From a virus: DNA of 64,000 nt. The notes beneath the pieces are model-generated. The model saw nothing but the letters and a program-made list of their open reading frames with translations. It made no database searches and was not told where the DNA came from. Positions 20,058-29,899 of this stretch are shown here, piece after piece. The first letter of the stretch is position 1, and every line of letters begins with the position of its first letter. The stretch covers positions 51,812 through 115,811 of the IMG/VR virus record IMGVR_UViG_3300042090_003221. One strand, 5' to 3'. The position numbers and the translations under genes are program-made.

Positions 20058-20363
20058 TCACAGCCCGAGCTCATCCGCGGCGAGGTCGTCGGACAGCTTG
20101 AGGACCATCCTTCGGAACTGGTTGAGGCGCTTGTTGAGGCGGCTGAGCTTCGCGTCGACGTCGAGCGCGCGCGGGCGCTCGACCTTGTCGACGAAGTCGG
20201 CGATGGCGTCCCGGGCGCGCCCCAGGAGCACCACGGCGTCGGTGAGGCGCGGGTCGGCGCCGAGGCTCTCGACGAGGCGCATGGCCTCGAGGATGGCGTG
20301 CTCGACCGTGGTCTGGCGGAGCTCGTCGCAGCGGCGGAGCGGGTCGAAGGCGGGCGAGGACAT
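20058..20363 (-). CDS. Hypothetical protein
   Basis: ORF coupled downstream of the MTase. Confidence 0.55.
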   Translation of the reverse strand: MSSPAFDPLRRCDELRQTTVEHAILEAMRLVESLGADPRLTDAVVLLGRARDAIADFVDKVERPRALDVDAKLSRLNKRLNQFRRMVLKLSDDLAADELGL

Positions 20364-20365
20364 GG

Positions 20366-21130
20366 TCAGGCTGCCTTTCGGATGGCGAGCGCTTCGCTGA
20401 GGCGCCGGCGGGCGGCGTCGAAATATCCCGGGTCGATCTCGACCCCTATGAACTTGCGGCCGGACTCGACGGCAGCGACTCCGGTCGTGCCGGAGCCCAT
20501 CGCGAAATCGAGAACAGCCTCGCCCTCGTTGCTGTAGGTCCGGACCAAGTAGCTCATCAGGTCGACGGGCTTCTGGGTCGGATGGACCCGCTCCGGAGAG
20601 TCGTTGTTCAGGATGGCGAACTTCTGGACCGACCGCGGATAGCGAACAGTTTGGCCGCCGTAGGGATCTGACTCTCGCTGCGCGCCATAGTTGGGCGTGA
20701 ACGTCGTCCGCTTGGCGTAGTTGCCGGGCTTGTGGCCCACGGTCATCTGCGGGTTGTAGGTCATCGACCCGGAGCTGAAAACGAGCACGCTCTCGTGGTA
20801 GCGCATCGGCGACTTCTTGCAGTTCAGATGCCCCGTTCCCTTATTTTTCTCCCAGACCCACTCGTGGCGGAACCACTTCGGCCGGCTGCATACGAGCGCT
20901 GAGGCGAAGGGCTGGATGGCCGTCAGAACCACAGCGCCGCGGCACATACGGCCGATCTCTGCCCACAACGGGTCAAGCGGGATGACGGAGTCCCACGAGT
21001 TCTGCGTCGTGCCGTAGGGCGGGTCCCCGATGACGCAATCGACGCCTTCGATCAGCGGCAGGACCTCACGGCAGTCACCAAGCCAGATCTCGACGCCCTC
21101 AGCGAGGACCTCCTTGCGAGGCGGGCTCAC
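20366..21130 (-). CDS. Orphan N6-adenine/N4-cytosine DNA methyltransferase (beta class)
   Basis: DPPY, HPTQKP, VLDFAMGSGTT. Confidence 0.93.
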   Translation of the reverse strand: MSPPRKEVLAEGVEIWLGDCREVLPLIEGVDCVIGDPPYGTTQNSWDSVIPLDPLWAEIGRMCRGAVVLTAIQPFASALVCSRPKWFRHEWVWEKNKGTGHLNCKKSPMRYHESVLVFSSGSMTYNPQMTVGHKPGNYAKRTTFTPNYGAQRESDPYGGQTVRYPRSVQKFAILNNDSPERVHPTQKPVDLMSYLVRTYSNEGEAVLDFAMGSGTTGVAAVESGRKFIGVEIDPGYFDAARRRLSEALAIRKAA

Positions 21131-21802
21131 GTCAGACCCCGAGGCTCAGCGCAACACAGGCGCGCGAGAGCCAGATCAGGAGCGAGACCACGAGGGCGCC
21201 GCCGAAATAAAAGAGGCCCGAGGGATTGGGGAAGAAACCGCCGCCCGGCTCGTTGGCGGACGCCCAGGACGCCCAGCCGAACGCGACCACGGTGACGAGG
21301 ATCGCGATCAGCGTATAGATCGAGACCGAGACGGTGAAGTGCATAGGTCAGCTCCGGCTGTGACGGGCAGGGAGGACGCGCCAAGGAGAGAACCGGCGCG
21401 CCGCGCGCCGCGAGGACCGCAAGGCAGAGGAGAAGGCGCCGGCGGCGGCGAGGATGAGGGCCGCGGCGAAGCAGGCCGTGATGAAGAGGATTGCGCGGGA
21501 GACCACGGTCAGCGTTCCTCGGGCAAGCAGTTGCCCGGCGCGAGATCGAGGAGGGTCTTGCCGTCGACGCCGCGCACCTTCACCGGGCCACAGATTTTGC
21601 CGCCCGGGCCGAACTCGACCACGGCCGCGGGGATTGGGATCGAGCGTACGCCGTGAGCCGGAACCGTGGCCCCGACGAGGCCGGGGCGATCGTCGGCGTG
21701 CGCCGAGAGCGTCGCGCCTATGACGGCGAGCGCGATGACATACGCGGCGTAAATCGGAAGTGACAGCGGGAATTTCATGGCGGCTCCGATGATCTGGGTT
21801 GC

Positions 21803-22126
21803 TCAGACGAAATCGGGCTTCCCGCCGATCAGCGCCTCATCGACCGCGCGGCGCACGCGGGTGACGATGGCGTTGCGCCGCATCTCAACGGGGCCGATCG
21901 TGCCGGTGGAGAAGCGACCACCCTCGTAGCCGCGCGCGAACAGATCTTCGATGTCGCGCGCCACGTCCAAGACGAGAGCGTCGAGCTGAGCTGGATCCCG
22001 CCACTTCTGTGCCAGCCCCAGGAGGCGCTTCGCCTCCTCTGCCTGCAGGTGCAGGTCGGCCGATTCCTCGCCCTTGTCGGCGAGCATCTGCTGGAGCTCG
22101 GCGATTTTATCGGCGTCAGACGACAT
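21803..22126 (-). CDS. Hypothetical protein
   Basis: MSSDADKIAELQQ... after a gagg RBS. Confidence 0.5.
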   Translation of the reverse strand: MSSDADKIAELQQMLADKGEESADLHLQAEEAKRLLGLAQKWRDPAQLDALVLDVARDIEDLFARGYEGGRFSTGTIGPVEMRRNAIVTRVRRAVDEALIGGKPDFV

Positions 22127-22212
22127 GGATCCTCGGGGGTTGGAGTTGACGGCCATTCCCCTCTCGGGACGCTGGCCCATCGCTGCGCGCGCCGGAGCGC
22201 GTTCGTTAGGAC

Positions 22213-22288
22213 TGGTGCCGCCGGGGCGGTCTCGAACCCCCGGCCTGCCGCTTACAAGGCGGCTGCTCTACCCCTGAGCTACGGCGGC
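22213..22288 (-). tRNA. tRNA-Thr(TGT)
   Basis: Acceptor GCCGCCG/CGGCGGC-ACCA; D arm GCTC/GAGC; anticodon loop CT-TGT-AA; TTCGA T loop, with one extra base in the T stem. Confidence 0.88.
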
Positions 22289-22292
22289 GAAT

Positions 22293-22367
22293 TGGCTGAA
22301 GAGGCAGGATTCGAACCTGCAGCCACTCGATTAACAGTCGAGAGCTCTACCGTTGAGCTACTCTCCA
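22293..22367 (-). tRNA. tRNA-Asn(GTT)
   Basis: Acceptor TGGAGAG/CTCTTCA-GCCA; anticodon CTCGA-CT GTT AA-TCGAG; GCAGG TTCGAAT CCTGC. Confidence 0.92.
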
Positions 22368-22387
22368 AAGACGCCCGATCGGGCGCG

Positions 22388-22633
22388 TCACCAGAAATAT
22401 TTGTGCGGCTTGCGCCACGTCGGCCAGCACGCTGCATCGGCGTCGATGCGATCGAACAGGACGGCGCGCTCAAGGCGCTTGTCGCGCCGGCGCGGCGGGC
22501 GACGGTGAAAGACCAAATCCCACCAAGCAGGCCAGTTGCTCAACCAGCGCCAGTCGTCGACCCGGTCCTTGCGCTCACGCGGCATTTTGCCGCCGCGCGT
22601 GCGTGCGGCCGGCATTTTTCTTCGGAAATGCAT
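22388..22633 (-). CDS. Small Trp/Arg-rich hypothetical protein
   Basis: WLSNWPAWWDLVFHRRP ORF. Confidence 0.5.
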   Translation of the reverse strand: MHFRRKMPAARTRGGKMPRERKDRVDDWRWLSNWPAWWDLVFHRRPPRRRDKRLERAVLFDRIDADAACWPTWRKPHKYFW

Positions 22634-22890
22634 GACGTTGGGCTCCTTGTCCCTATGACGTCATGGCGGCCTCCTATGGTTGTCCGGCGTGGGTTCTCGT
22701 ACGGCGCTTTTGCCCAATTCGATCATTTCGGTGACGTCAACGAAATGATCCTCCGGCGGCTGGCGCGCCGATCGGGAATGCTACGTCCACGTTGCGCGCT
22801 CGCTAGGTTGATATGCCAGCGATCCGCCGAAGCTATATCCGGGCTCCCGTTCGTCGGACGGAGGGATAGCCGTGGAGCTTACAGGGTTCG

Positions 22891-23310
22891 TTACGCCGCT
22901 TCGGCGAGGCGGGTCAACGCCTCGTCTTTCCACGCCTCGAGCAGGCCTGCGACCTCGCGGCGGTCGCCTCTGCCGTAGCGCTGAACCAGCTTGGTGACCT
23001 TGTCCCAATCGGGCAGCGAGTACGTCGTCGGCTCGACCTGACGGTAGGAGCGGCCGCGCAAGAAAGCGTAGGCCAAGCATGCCGCGCGCGCCTCGGGGCG
23101 CACCACGCAGAGGCGGTGATTCCGCAACCCGGCGTAGGTCGACTCGAGATCGCGGCGCCGCGCCGGCTTGTCCATGCGCGCCGCGCGGGCGAGACAGACG
23201 ATCTCCTCGCGCTTGATCAACACCGCCTCAGCGGCGAGGCTCAAGACCTTGATTTTCAGATAGGCTTTCATCAATTTTCTCCGATGGTTGGTGAAGTTCT
23301 TGCCGTCCAT
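22891..23310 (-). CDS. Hypothetical phage protein
   Basis: LKIKVLSLAAEA...RPEARAACLAYAFLRG; start probably at MKAYLK. Confidence 0.6.
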   Translation of the reverse strand: MDGKNFTNHRRKLMKAYLKIKVLSLAAEAVLIKREEIVCLARAARMDKPARRRDLESTYAGLRNHRLCVVRPEARAACLAYAFLRGRSYRQVEPTTYSLPDWDKVTKLVQRYGRGDRREVAGLLEAWKDEALTRLAEAA

Positions 23311-23409
23311 CGGGCGGCGGGGGACCGCGGATCGATCTACAACATGACCAGCCTCATAGTTGGCGCTCGCACGGCGCTGGGATACCCGTCTCGTGGGCTA
23401 GACGATCTT

Positions 23410-23480
23410 TGGCGCCCGCACGCGGGTTCGAACCGCGACGCCGTAGGAGTAGAAGCCCTGACGTGAGCCAGTCTGCGGGC
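23410..23480 (-). tRNA. Atypical 71-nt tRNA-like gene (anticodon TCT, Arg-like)
   Basis: Perfect acceptor stem with GCCA and perfect T arm; non-canonical D arm and a 4-bp anticodon stem. Confidence 0.55.
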
Positions 23481-23707
23481 AAAAGGTCGGAGTCATGCGC
23501 CCTGGTCGAACGCTACCCAGGCAGCCGAAGAGGATGCCCCGGACGTCGCCGCGACCGGCTCGATACGGCGGGGAACGGACGACTCCGGAAGCTGCAGGCT
23601 CGCCAGCGGCGCGGCGTCGCGGCGGAGATCGGCGAGGAAAGCCGCCTCCTCGCGCTCGTCGTAACGGACCTCGTCGTCTGAGACGATCTTGCGAGAGCGG
23701 CCGCGAC

Positions 23708-24055
23708 TCATGCCGGCGCTTGCTGTTTCGCAGCGCGCGCCCAGCGTGCTGCGGTGTCGTCGTCAAGGTAGCGGGCGATGGCGCGATAGACGCGCTTGTG
23801 ATCAGGCCTCTTGACCCAGGCAGGGACCGGCAACTTGTGGGGGACGTAGTCCTCAACCACGTGCCAGATCAAGCCGGGCCGGCCGGGCGGACGGTCGCCG
23901 CCCACGGGTTTCGTGGACGCGACAGCGCCGAGCTCACGCATCTGGACGAGCTGCTCGTAGACGCTTTTCGGTTTCAGGTTGGTCGCCTTGATAATCTGAC
24001 CCGAGGTCCGGGCTCCCCGGCGCATCGCGTCGAGGATCTGATCGCGATGCGTCAC
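23708..24055 (-). CDS. Winged-HTH-like hypothetical protein
   Basis: RDQILDAMRRGARTSGQIIKATNLKPKSVYEQLVQM. Confidence 0.5.
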   Translation of the reverse strand: MTHRDQILDAMRRGARTSGQIIKATNLKPKSVYEQLVQMRELGAVASTKPVGGDRPPGRPGLIWHVVEDYVPHKLPVPAWVKRPDHKRVYRAIARYLDDDTAARWARAAKQQAPA

Positions 24056-24930
24056 GGGCGCGCCACGCTTGCGTTGCGTTGGTCGAGTGCGGAGCGGCCG
24101 GGCGGCGGAGTGCCCGCGATTTCGCAAAGACCGGTCACGCGATGGTCGATGATGCGCGGCGCCAGCGCGGAGCCGCGTACTGTCTTGGCGGCGCGCATCG
24201 CTATCGCGGCGCTGGCGAGGGCGGCGGCGGCCGGCGAGGGTGTCAGGCGCGGCGTCGGTGCAGCGATCGGGGCACTGCTAGGAGCCTTTGGCGGGTTACT
24301 GAGAGCTTTCGGCGGCTTCACGAGAGCCTTCGGCGGCGAGGGCTCGACGTCGCGCATGACGGCGTCGTAAGCGCGCTGGATTTCCTTCGGTGGGTGCGTG
24401 AAGACGACCTCGACAGGCTCTCGCGCGGGCGCGGGCACGAGGGCGGTAGCGACGCGCTGCGCGATCTTGCTCAGCGGGCGGGTGACGACGGCGGGGGCGT
24501 CGAGCTTAGGCTCGACAGGGGTCGTCGGCGGTGGCGCGGCTGCTGCTCCCGGCAGGAGCTCGGTCCAGTCACGGCCGCAATAGGTCAGGGCGGCGTCGAT
24601 CGCCGCGGCCGCCGTCATCGCCGTCCAGTTGCAGGCGCCGCGAACGTCGTTGAGGCGGCCGAGATCGAACCACTTCAGCGAGCCGCTCTTGAGGCCGGCG
24701 CGATAGCTCGCGAGGCAGCCGGCTTGACCTATACGGGAGCCGAGCGTGAGGCGCGGCGCCGTCGGGTACTCGTGTGCCAGAGCGAGGCCGGCATAAAGGC
24801 GCGCGCGCGACCCATGCATGCCCTGGAGGACATCGATCGGGTCCTCGCCCTCACGCGCGGCCGCGGCGCGCACGGCGCACAAGATTTCGTCCGCAGTCGG
24901 CCAAACGACCGCGATGTCGGCAGGGGACAC
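24052..24930 (-). CDS. Hypothetical phage protein
   Basis: 292-aa ORF ending GTPPPGRSALDQR. Confidence 0.55.
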   Translation of the reverse strand: MSPADIAVVWPTADEILCAVRAAAAREGEDPIDVLQGMHGSRARLYAGLALAHEYPTAPRLTLGSRIGQAGCLASYRAGLKSGSLKWFDLGRLNDVRGACNWTAMTAAAAIDAALTYCGRDWTELLPGAAAAPPPTTPVEPKLDAPAVVTRPLSKIAQRVATALVPAPAREPVEVVFTHPPKEIQRAYDAVMRDVEPSPPKALVKPPKALSNPPKAPSSAPIAAPTPRLTPSPAAAALASAAIAMRAAKTVRGSALAPRIIDHRVTGLCEIAGTPPPGRSALDQRNASVARP

Positions 24931-25392
24931 GTTGAACTCCAGAAGAAGCGAGGTTAGGCGCCGTTCAGCCCTTGCCGAAGACGTGCCGCACCAGTTCGTC
25001 GAACGCGCTGGCGTTGGCCTCGCGCCGCTCCTCGCGCTCGATGCGGTGGATCAGGACCCAGGCTGAGAAGCCGGCGGCGTCGATCGTGAAGGCCTCGGCC
25101 GGGACCAACAACGAGCGCTCATCGTCGTCGAGCCAATGTAGCCGGAGACCGAGATCGCAGCGCGTCAGCCAGCGGGATTCCGCGGCCGACGGGCCAAGCT
25201 CTCCCATGCCCCGGGCGAACGCCACGGCGCGAGACAGCAAGGCCTCATAGGCGGCGAAGATCTCGTCGGGCGCCATCGGACGCCCGTCATAGCGCGAGAC
25301 AGCCCAGAAACGCAAAACGCGCCAGCGAATGTCGCGGCGCGTTGTAGGCAAAGAGGTCCCGCAAAGGCGATTACGCGATTTGCGGGCAGGCG

Positions 25393-25713
25393 TCAACCCG
25401 ATTGAGACGCTCGCTTCGGCCATCGCGCACTGACGACGCCGAGGGGTAACCCGTATTTTCCCCGAACCCTCTGAATCGTCTTCTGCGAGCACCCGAGGAT
25501 CGAGGCCGCCTCCTTGTATGTTCGTCCCGGCAGGGTCTCGCGGATCTTATCAACCCATTCTGCCGTGTAATAATGTTCAAAAAGCGGGCGGCAAATATCA
25601 CCACTCATGTTGCGCAGGTCACGGCGATAGTGCGTGTCGCACATTCCGCGCGCGTGACCGGTTTTGTTGCAGTTGGGAACCGAGCAGACGAAAGACATGG
25701 CCGCTCCCATCAC
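25393..25713 (-). CDS. Zn-finger (CxxxxC...CxxHY) plus HTH protein
   Basis: CSVPNC...GMCDTHYRR; TYKEAASILGCSQKTIQR. Confidence 0.6.
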   Translation of the reverse strand: MMGAAMSFVCSVPNCNKTGHARGMCDTHYRRDLRNMSGDICRPLFEHYYTAEWVDKIRETLPGRTYKEAASILGCSQKTIQRVRGKYGLPLGVVSARWPKRASQSG

Positions 25714-26420
25714 GCCGAGTGCCGGCCGCGGTCCCAGACGCCGTAGCGCATGGCGAGCAGGTAGAGGCCGTGCTTGAGCATATCGACGTCATGGGCCAGC
25801 GGCTCCGTGTAGTCGTAGCAAAGCCGGACCATAGCCGAGGGACAGCGCGGCATAACGGAGCGGAGCTCCGCGTCGGCGCCGGCGAGCGCGAGCTCGGCGG
25901 CCTGGATGAAGGCGCGGTCCTCTTCGATCTGCTCTTTCGTCGGGTCGCCGCCGGCCCCGTCGCCGTGCGGGATCCCGGCGTCGCAGTCCTCGACATTGAA
26001 GCCGCGCGCGACCTTCACGGCGCGGATCTCCCCGGCATAATGCTCGCCGGCGGCATGCATCGAGTCGGCGAAGCGGCGGTCGCGCGGCCAGTTCTTGGCG
26101 CAGAAGCGACCCAGCGGAAACGCGAGGCGCGGATCGTCCGGCGATATCTCGCCGACGCGGTGCGGCTGCGCCAGCGCCACCGACATCGCGGAAGCGCGCG
26201 CCGCCGCCGCCTTGCGCTCGTCGGCGGGGCGGCGGTCGTTCTCGGCCGTCGGAATCTCGGGCGTCGCCTTCGGCTTCGACAGGGCCGTCGAGGTCGTGAC
26301 GGGAATCGAGCTCACCACCGGCGCGCGAGCAACGACGTCCTTCGCGCGCTTGCCCGTCGGGCATAGCGTCACTCCCGGGTCGGACACCGGGGCGAAGTCG
26401 GAAACGGTCATCTCAATCAT
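25710..26420 (-). CDS. Hypothetical protein at the usual late-regulator position
   Basis: ORF with PLGRFC...HAAGEHY...LKHGLYLLAMRY; function inferred from position only. Confidence 0.45.
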   Translation of the reverse strand: MIEMTVSDFAPVSDPGVTLCPTGKRAKDVVARAPVVSSIPVTTSTALSKPKATPEIPTAENDRRPADERKAAAARASAMSVALAQPHRVGEISPDDPRLAFPLGRFCAKNWPRDRRFADSMHAAGEHYAGEIRAVKVARGFNVEDCDAGIPHGDGAGGDPTKEQIEEDRAFIQAAELALAGADAELRSVMPRCPSAMVRLCYDYTEPLAHDVDMLKHGLYLLAMRYGVWDRGRHSA

Positions 26421-26550
26421 TGCCACGGGCGGTCTCTCCTGGGGATAGGCGAGACGGTCCGAGGCATTCTCGGGGCGCAAAGTTGCCTTGCCTGAGACGG
26501 CTCGGGGTTGCAAGCCCCCGAGCCGCTGCGGGCCTGTGGATTCCCCAGCC

Positions 26551-26913
26551 TTACGCGCGAGTGCGCACAAGAGGGGCGAAATCATAGGTCTGCCTGAGAT
26601 AGGAGCCGAGCCGCGTGCAGCCGTCAGCGTCCCCTGGAAGCTCGCCGCCGCGCTCGGCGATCCAGACTTCCGGCGCCCGGTCGTCGCGCTTCCCGTTGCA
26701 CTCCAAGCAGGCCATTGCGAGGTTTTGGATCCCGTCCTTGCCGCCTTCGGCCTTGCGCTTCAGGTGCTCACGCGTCGCCATACGTCGTGGATCTCGGGGC
26801 GATGTCCAAGGGAGCCAGCACAGCTCATCGCAGTAAAAGCAAAGACCCTCCTGCTCCTTGAATAGGCGACGGAGGCGGTTGCGCTTGGTGTTGCCGCTCG
26901 CCATTTTTTCCAC
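26551..26913 (-). CDS. HNH endonuclease
   Basis: CFYC...ATREH...GG...NLAMACLECN. Confidence 0.85.
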   Translation of the reverse strand: MEKMASGNTKRNRLRRLFKEQEGLCFYCDELCWLPWTSPRDPRRMATREHLKRKAEGGKDGIQNLAMACLECNGKRDDRAPEVWIAERGGELPGDADGCTRLGSYLRQTYDFAPLVRTRA

Positions 26914-27022
26914 CCTCCAAGCGTGACGACGAGGACGGTCTTCCAGCCCTTGCCTTTGATTTTCATGAGGCGGCGCTCGGTGCGCGCGCGCCGCCAGATC
27001 GGACGACGACTCGCGGAACCCA

Positions 27023-27763
27023 TCACACGCCGAGCGCTTTGTGGATGCGGTCGACGTTCTTGCCGACGCGGTCCGCGGCGCCTTTCAGGGACTTGATCGC
27101 CTCCGTGAGATCGGATTGGCGCTTGAGCGAGGCCTCAGCCTCCGTCTGCAACTTCTCCGCCTTCTCGAGCACGAGCTGGACGTCGGCGAGAACCGCGCGC
27201 GCCTCCGTGAGTTGGGTGCGGATTTCCTCGTTGGCGGCCTCGGGTCCGAAATTCTCGTCGCGGATCCCGCTGACCCATGCGCGCGGGACGCTGAGGTCGT
27301 CAGCGATGCGCTGATCTGTCCAGCCGGCGGAATAGCCCGCGGTCTCATTCAGATAGACGTCGTTCAGTTTCGCGAAGATGATTCGCTTGTCGTCGCGCGT
27401 CATCGCCGGCGGCGGCTCCACTAGGACTGCCTGGATCGCTTGAACCGGCTCAACCAGCGCCGGCGGCGCAGTCGGGACAACGCTGAGAGTCACCTTCGTC
27501 ATGTCCTTTTCCTTTTCCTTTTTCTTATTCGCAGGGTTGCATTCCGGGCACAGGTCACGGCCCCGGCGCCCGTCGCTACAGTCCCATCCGCGCGCTTCGA
27601 ATTTCCGCGCCGTGATGTCCGGAGGAAACCGGCCTCGTGTCCCCAGAGAGATTTGCTCGAACTCGCCGCACGTCCCGCAACGGGCGATCATGACTCCGGC
27701 AGATCCGCCGCCGGCGACGGTAATGCCCGCTTTCTCAAATTCTTCGTTTCGTTGATGTTTCAT
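27023..27763 (-). CDS. Zn-ribbon plus coiled-coil hypothetical protein
   Basis: CGTC...DLCPEC; WTDQRIADDLSVPRAWV; C-terminal heptads. Confidence 0.6.
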   Translation of the reverse strand: MKHQRNEEFEKAGITVAGGGSAGVMIARCGTCGEFEQISLGTRGRFPPDITARKFEARGWDCSDGRRGRDLCPECNPANKKKEKEKDMTKVTLSVVPTAPPALVEPVQAIQAVLVEPPPAMTRDDKRIIFAKLNDVYLNETAGYSAGWTDQRIADDLSVPRAWVSGIRDENFGPEAANEEIRTQLTEARAVLADVQLVLEKAEKLQTEAEASLKRQSDLTEAIKSLKGAADRVGKNVDRIHKALGV

Positions 27764-28009
27764 GGATTTCCCCTTCCCTCTCTCGATGTCATCGGCGTCC
27801 ATGCCGTTCTGCGTAGCGTTGCGCGTCCTGCCTCGCCGCCTGCGGGTATTGCCGGGCGTCCTCTTGCTGGAGAAACTTGAGGTCCTCTGCGCTCAGCGTC
27901 ATTCCGCGCTCTCGCGCGAAGCGGCGCCACCAGTCGCCGAGCGTTTCGCGATGCAGCCACGCAACGAGGCGCGTCCCGTCGCCGGCATCAGGCTTCTCGT
28001 CATCGACGG

Positions 28010-29899
28010 TCACTCCGCGGCGATCGGGGCGGCGCGGCGGCGCGCGAGCTCGACCAGCGCGGCGCGCCCGATGTGCTCCGCGTAGGCCGGAGGAATCGCC
28101 TCGCTCATCTCCGCGAGAGTCATCCAGTCGATCCCGAGAGCCTCGCTGGCCGCGGCCTTGTGGCCGCCAACCCAGACGTCGCGCGTCCCGCGGCCGCCGG
28201 CGCGCGCCGACCGGCGTCGGGCGTGGCCGCCGTAGACCCCGATCACGGGGCGCGGGTCGCGCGCGCAGACGCATTCGGGTTGCGGGATTGAGAAGCTGGC
28301 CTCGAACAGGCGACGCCGCTGCAGCCGGCAGCCCTGGGCACCGAGGCCGAACATGCAGCCGCAGAGGGTGACCGGGCTCCGCATGCTCCAAGCGGCTTCC
28401 TCGACGTTTTCAATGACCCAGAGGGCTCCGGTGGCCTGGAGCCGTTCGCGCATCGCGTCGATCAGCAAGGGGGCGCCGACAGCGCCCGGCGCGTGGCGCA
28501 TTGCTGAATATCCTTGGCAGTTGTGTACGACGATACCGTCGGCGCAGTAGGTTTCATCCTCATCAACCGAAAGGTTGAAAACCCGCTGCGCAACCGGAGA
28601 CGAAACAACGGATCGAACAAGGCCCCATCCGTGCTGGTCGTCAAACCGAAACGACCTCGCGGTTTTGGAAAACCTTACCTGGAAGTGGGGGCGCTCGCGC
28701 ACGGTTCGCCCCTCGATTTCAGTCGTGCCTATTCCCCCCGGGCGCCTCGGCTCGCTCTTAGTGATCGTCGCGCTAAGCCCGGATTGGTTCAAGAGCATGC
28801 GCACCCCAACGGCGAGGGCGCGGGAAACCGTCGTGAAGCCCGTTACGGCGCCGCCCGTGTAGCGCGGGTCGTTTTTCACGTACCCGTCGGCGAGTTGATA
28901 ACCGTCCAGAAAGGACTGGCGGTATTCGCGGCTCGCGCCGTGAAGCCAAGACGGAATCTTTTTGTTGGCGGCGCCGATGCCGAAATGCTCCTTAAGCCAA
29001 GCACATAGACGCCTTGACCCTGACCTCGCCTTGGCGGAGGTTCGCTCGATTGAAACGCTGCAACGCAAACCTGCCTCAGCCATTAGGGAGCGCAACAATT
29101 CGGCGTCTTGCTGAGCGCCGCAGATCAGCACGTCGTCGCGCGTGACCCATCCGTCTCCAACCCAATAACCGAGGAATTTGGCGAACCCCAGCGTGGCCGC
29201 GTCGGCCGCGGGCGCGCCCCTGACATCAATCATGCCGTCGGAGATTGCGTAGGCGCGCGCCGACGACGCCTCGGCCTCGGTGTCGTAAGAGCCGATGTAG
29301 ACCGTGCGGCTCCCTTTCGAGCCATACGCGCGGTAGCGTTTGACCTTTTCGTCAAAGACGTAGCCGGCCGAGCTTGGCGGAATTGGCGGGACGCTGGCTT
29401 CCGGGACTAAGGCGACGGTCGCCCACCTTTGCCCCTCCATAGCGCCGGCGTCTGTCCACTCAGCCGCGTCGGACAAGCTGACATAACCGTCCGGCGCTCG
29501 CCGGCTCGTTTTCGAGTAGAACGGGTGCTCTGCGGTCGTCGTGAGGCCCCAGTGGCCCTGCCCCTTCAGGGTTACGGTCGGCGACCACGCCGATCCAATT
29601 TGCGTCACCCTTCGCCAGCGCGCGTTGTGCGTGAGGACAAGGTCACCAACCACTACCTGCTCGATCGGCACTTGCCCGCGCGCCGTGAAAATTAGGGTTC
29701 CGGCGGGGAAGCAGGGCGGCGACGCCCACACGAGGTCAAAACCGGAGAAATCGAACTTCAGCGCGTCGGCCTGGACGAACGCGAACGGATAGCGCTTGCG
29801 TGCTTTGATATCGACGCCGACGACGCTGAACCCGGCGCGGTGGAGACCCATTCCGGCGCCGCCGGCACAGGAAAAGAGATCGAGCGCGCGGGGCTTCAC
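28010..29899 (-). CDS. Compact C5-cytosine DNA methyltransferase precursor containing an intein
   Basis: LDLFSCAGG (motif I), SPP|C (IV), IENV (VI), QRRRLF (VIII), EAIPPAY (X); GTG start 29899. Confidence 0.9.
   Translation of the reverse strand: MKPRALDLFSCAGGAGMGLHRAGFSVVGVDIKARKRYPFAFVQADALKFDFSGFDLVWASPPCFPAGTLIFTARGQVPIEQVVVGDLVLTHNARWRRVTQIGSAWSPTVTLKGQGHWGLTTTAEHPFYSKTSRRAPDGYVSLSDAAEWTDAGAMEGQRWATVALVPEASVPPIPPSSAGYVFDEKVKRYRAYGSKGSRTVYIGSYDTEAEASSARAYAISDGMIDVRGAPAADAATLGFAKFLGYWVGDGWVTRDDVLICGAQQDAELLRSLMAEAGLRCSVSIERTSAKARSGSRRLCAWLKEHFGIGAANKKIPSWLHGASREYRQSFLDGYQLADGYVKNDPRYTGGAVTGFTTVSRALAVGVRMLLNQSGLSATITKSEPRRPGGIGTTEIEGRTVRERPHFQVRFSKTARSFRFDDQHGWGLVRSVVSSPVAQRVFNLSVDEDETYCADGIVVHNCQGYSAMRHAPGAVGAPLLIDAMRERLQATGALWVIENVEEAAWSMRSPVTLCGCMFGLGAQGCRLQRRRLFEASFSIPQPECVCARDPRPVIGVYGGHARRRSARAGGRGTRDVWVGGHKAAASEALGIDWMTLAEMSEAIPPAYAEHIGRAALVELARRRAAPIAAE
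28520..29713 (-). mobile_element. 398-aa intein with a LAGLIDADG homing endonuclease
   Basis: Starts CFPAGT; TTAEHPF block B; LGYWVGDG and FLDGYQLADG; ends VFNLSV...VVHN|C. Confidence 0.93.

Noticed and set aside
26495-26560. C4-antisense/Ash-type regulatory element (also 36955-37000)
   Set aside because: A hairpin (GGCTCGGGG..CCCCGAGCC) and loose resemblance only; no complementary partner RNA could be identified.
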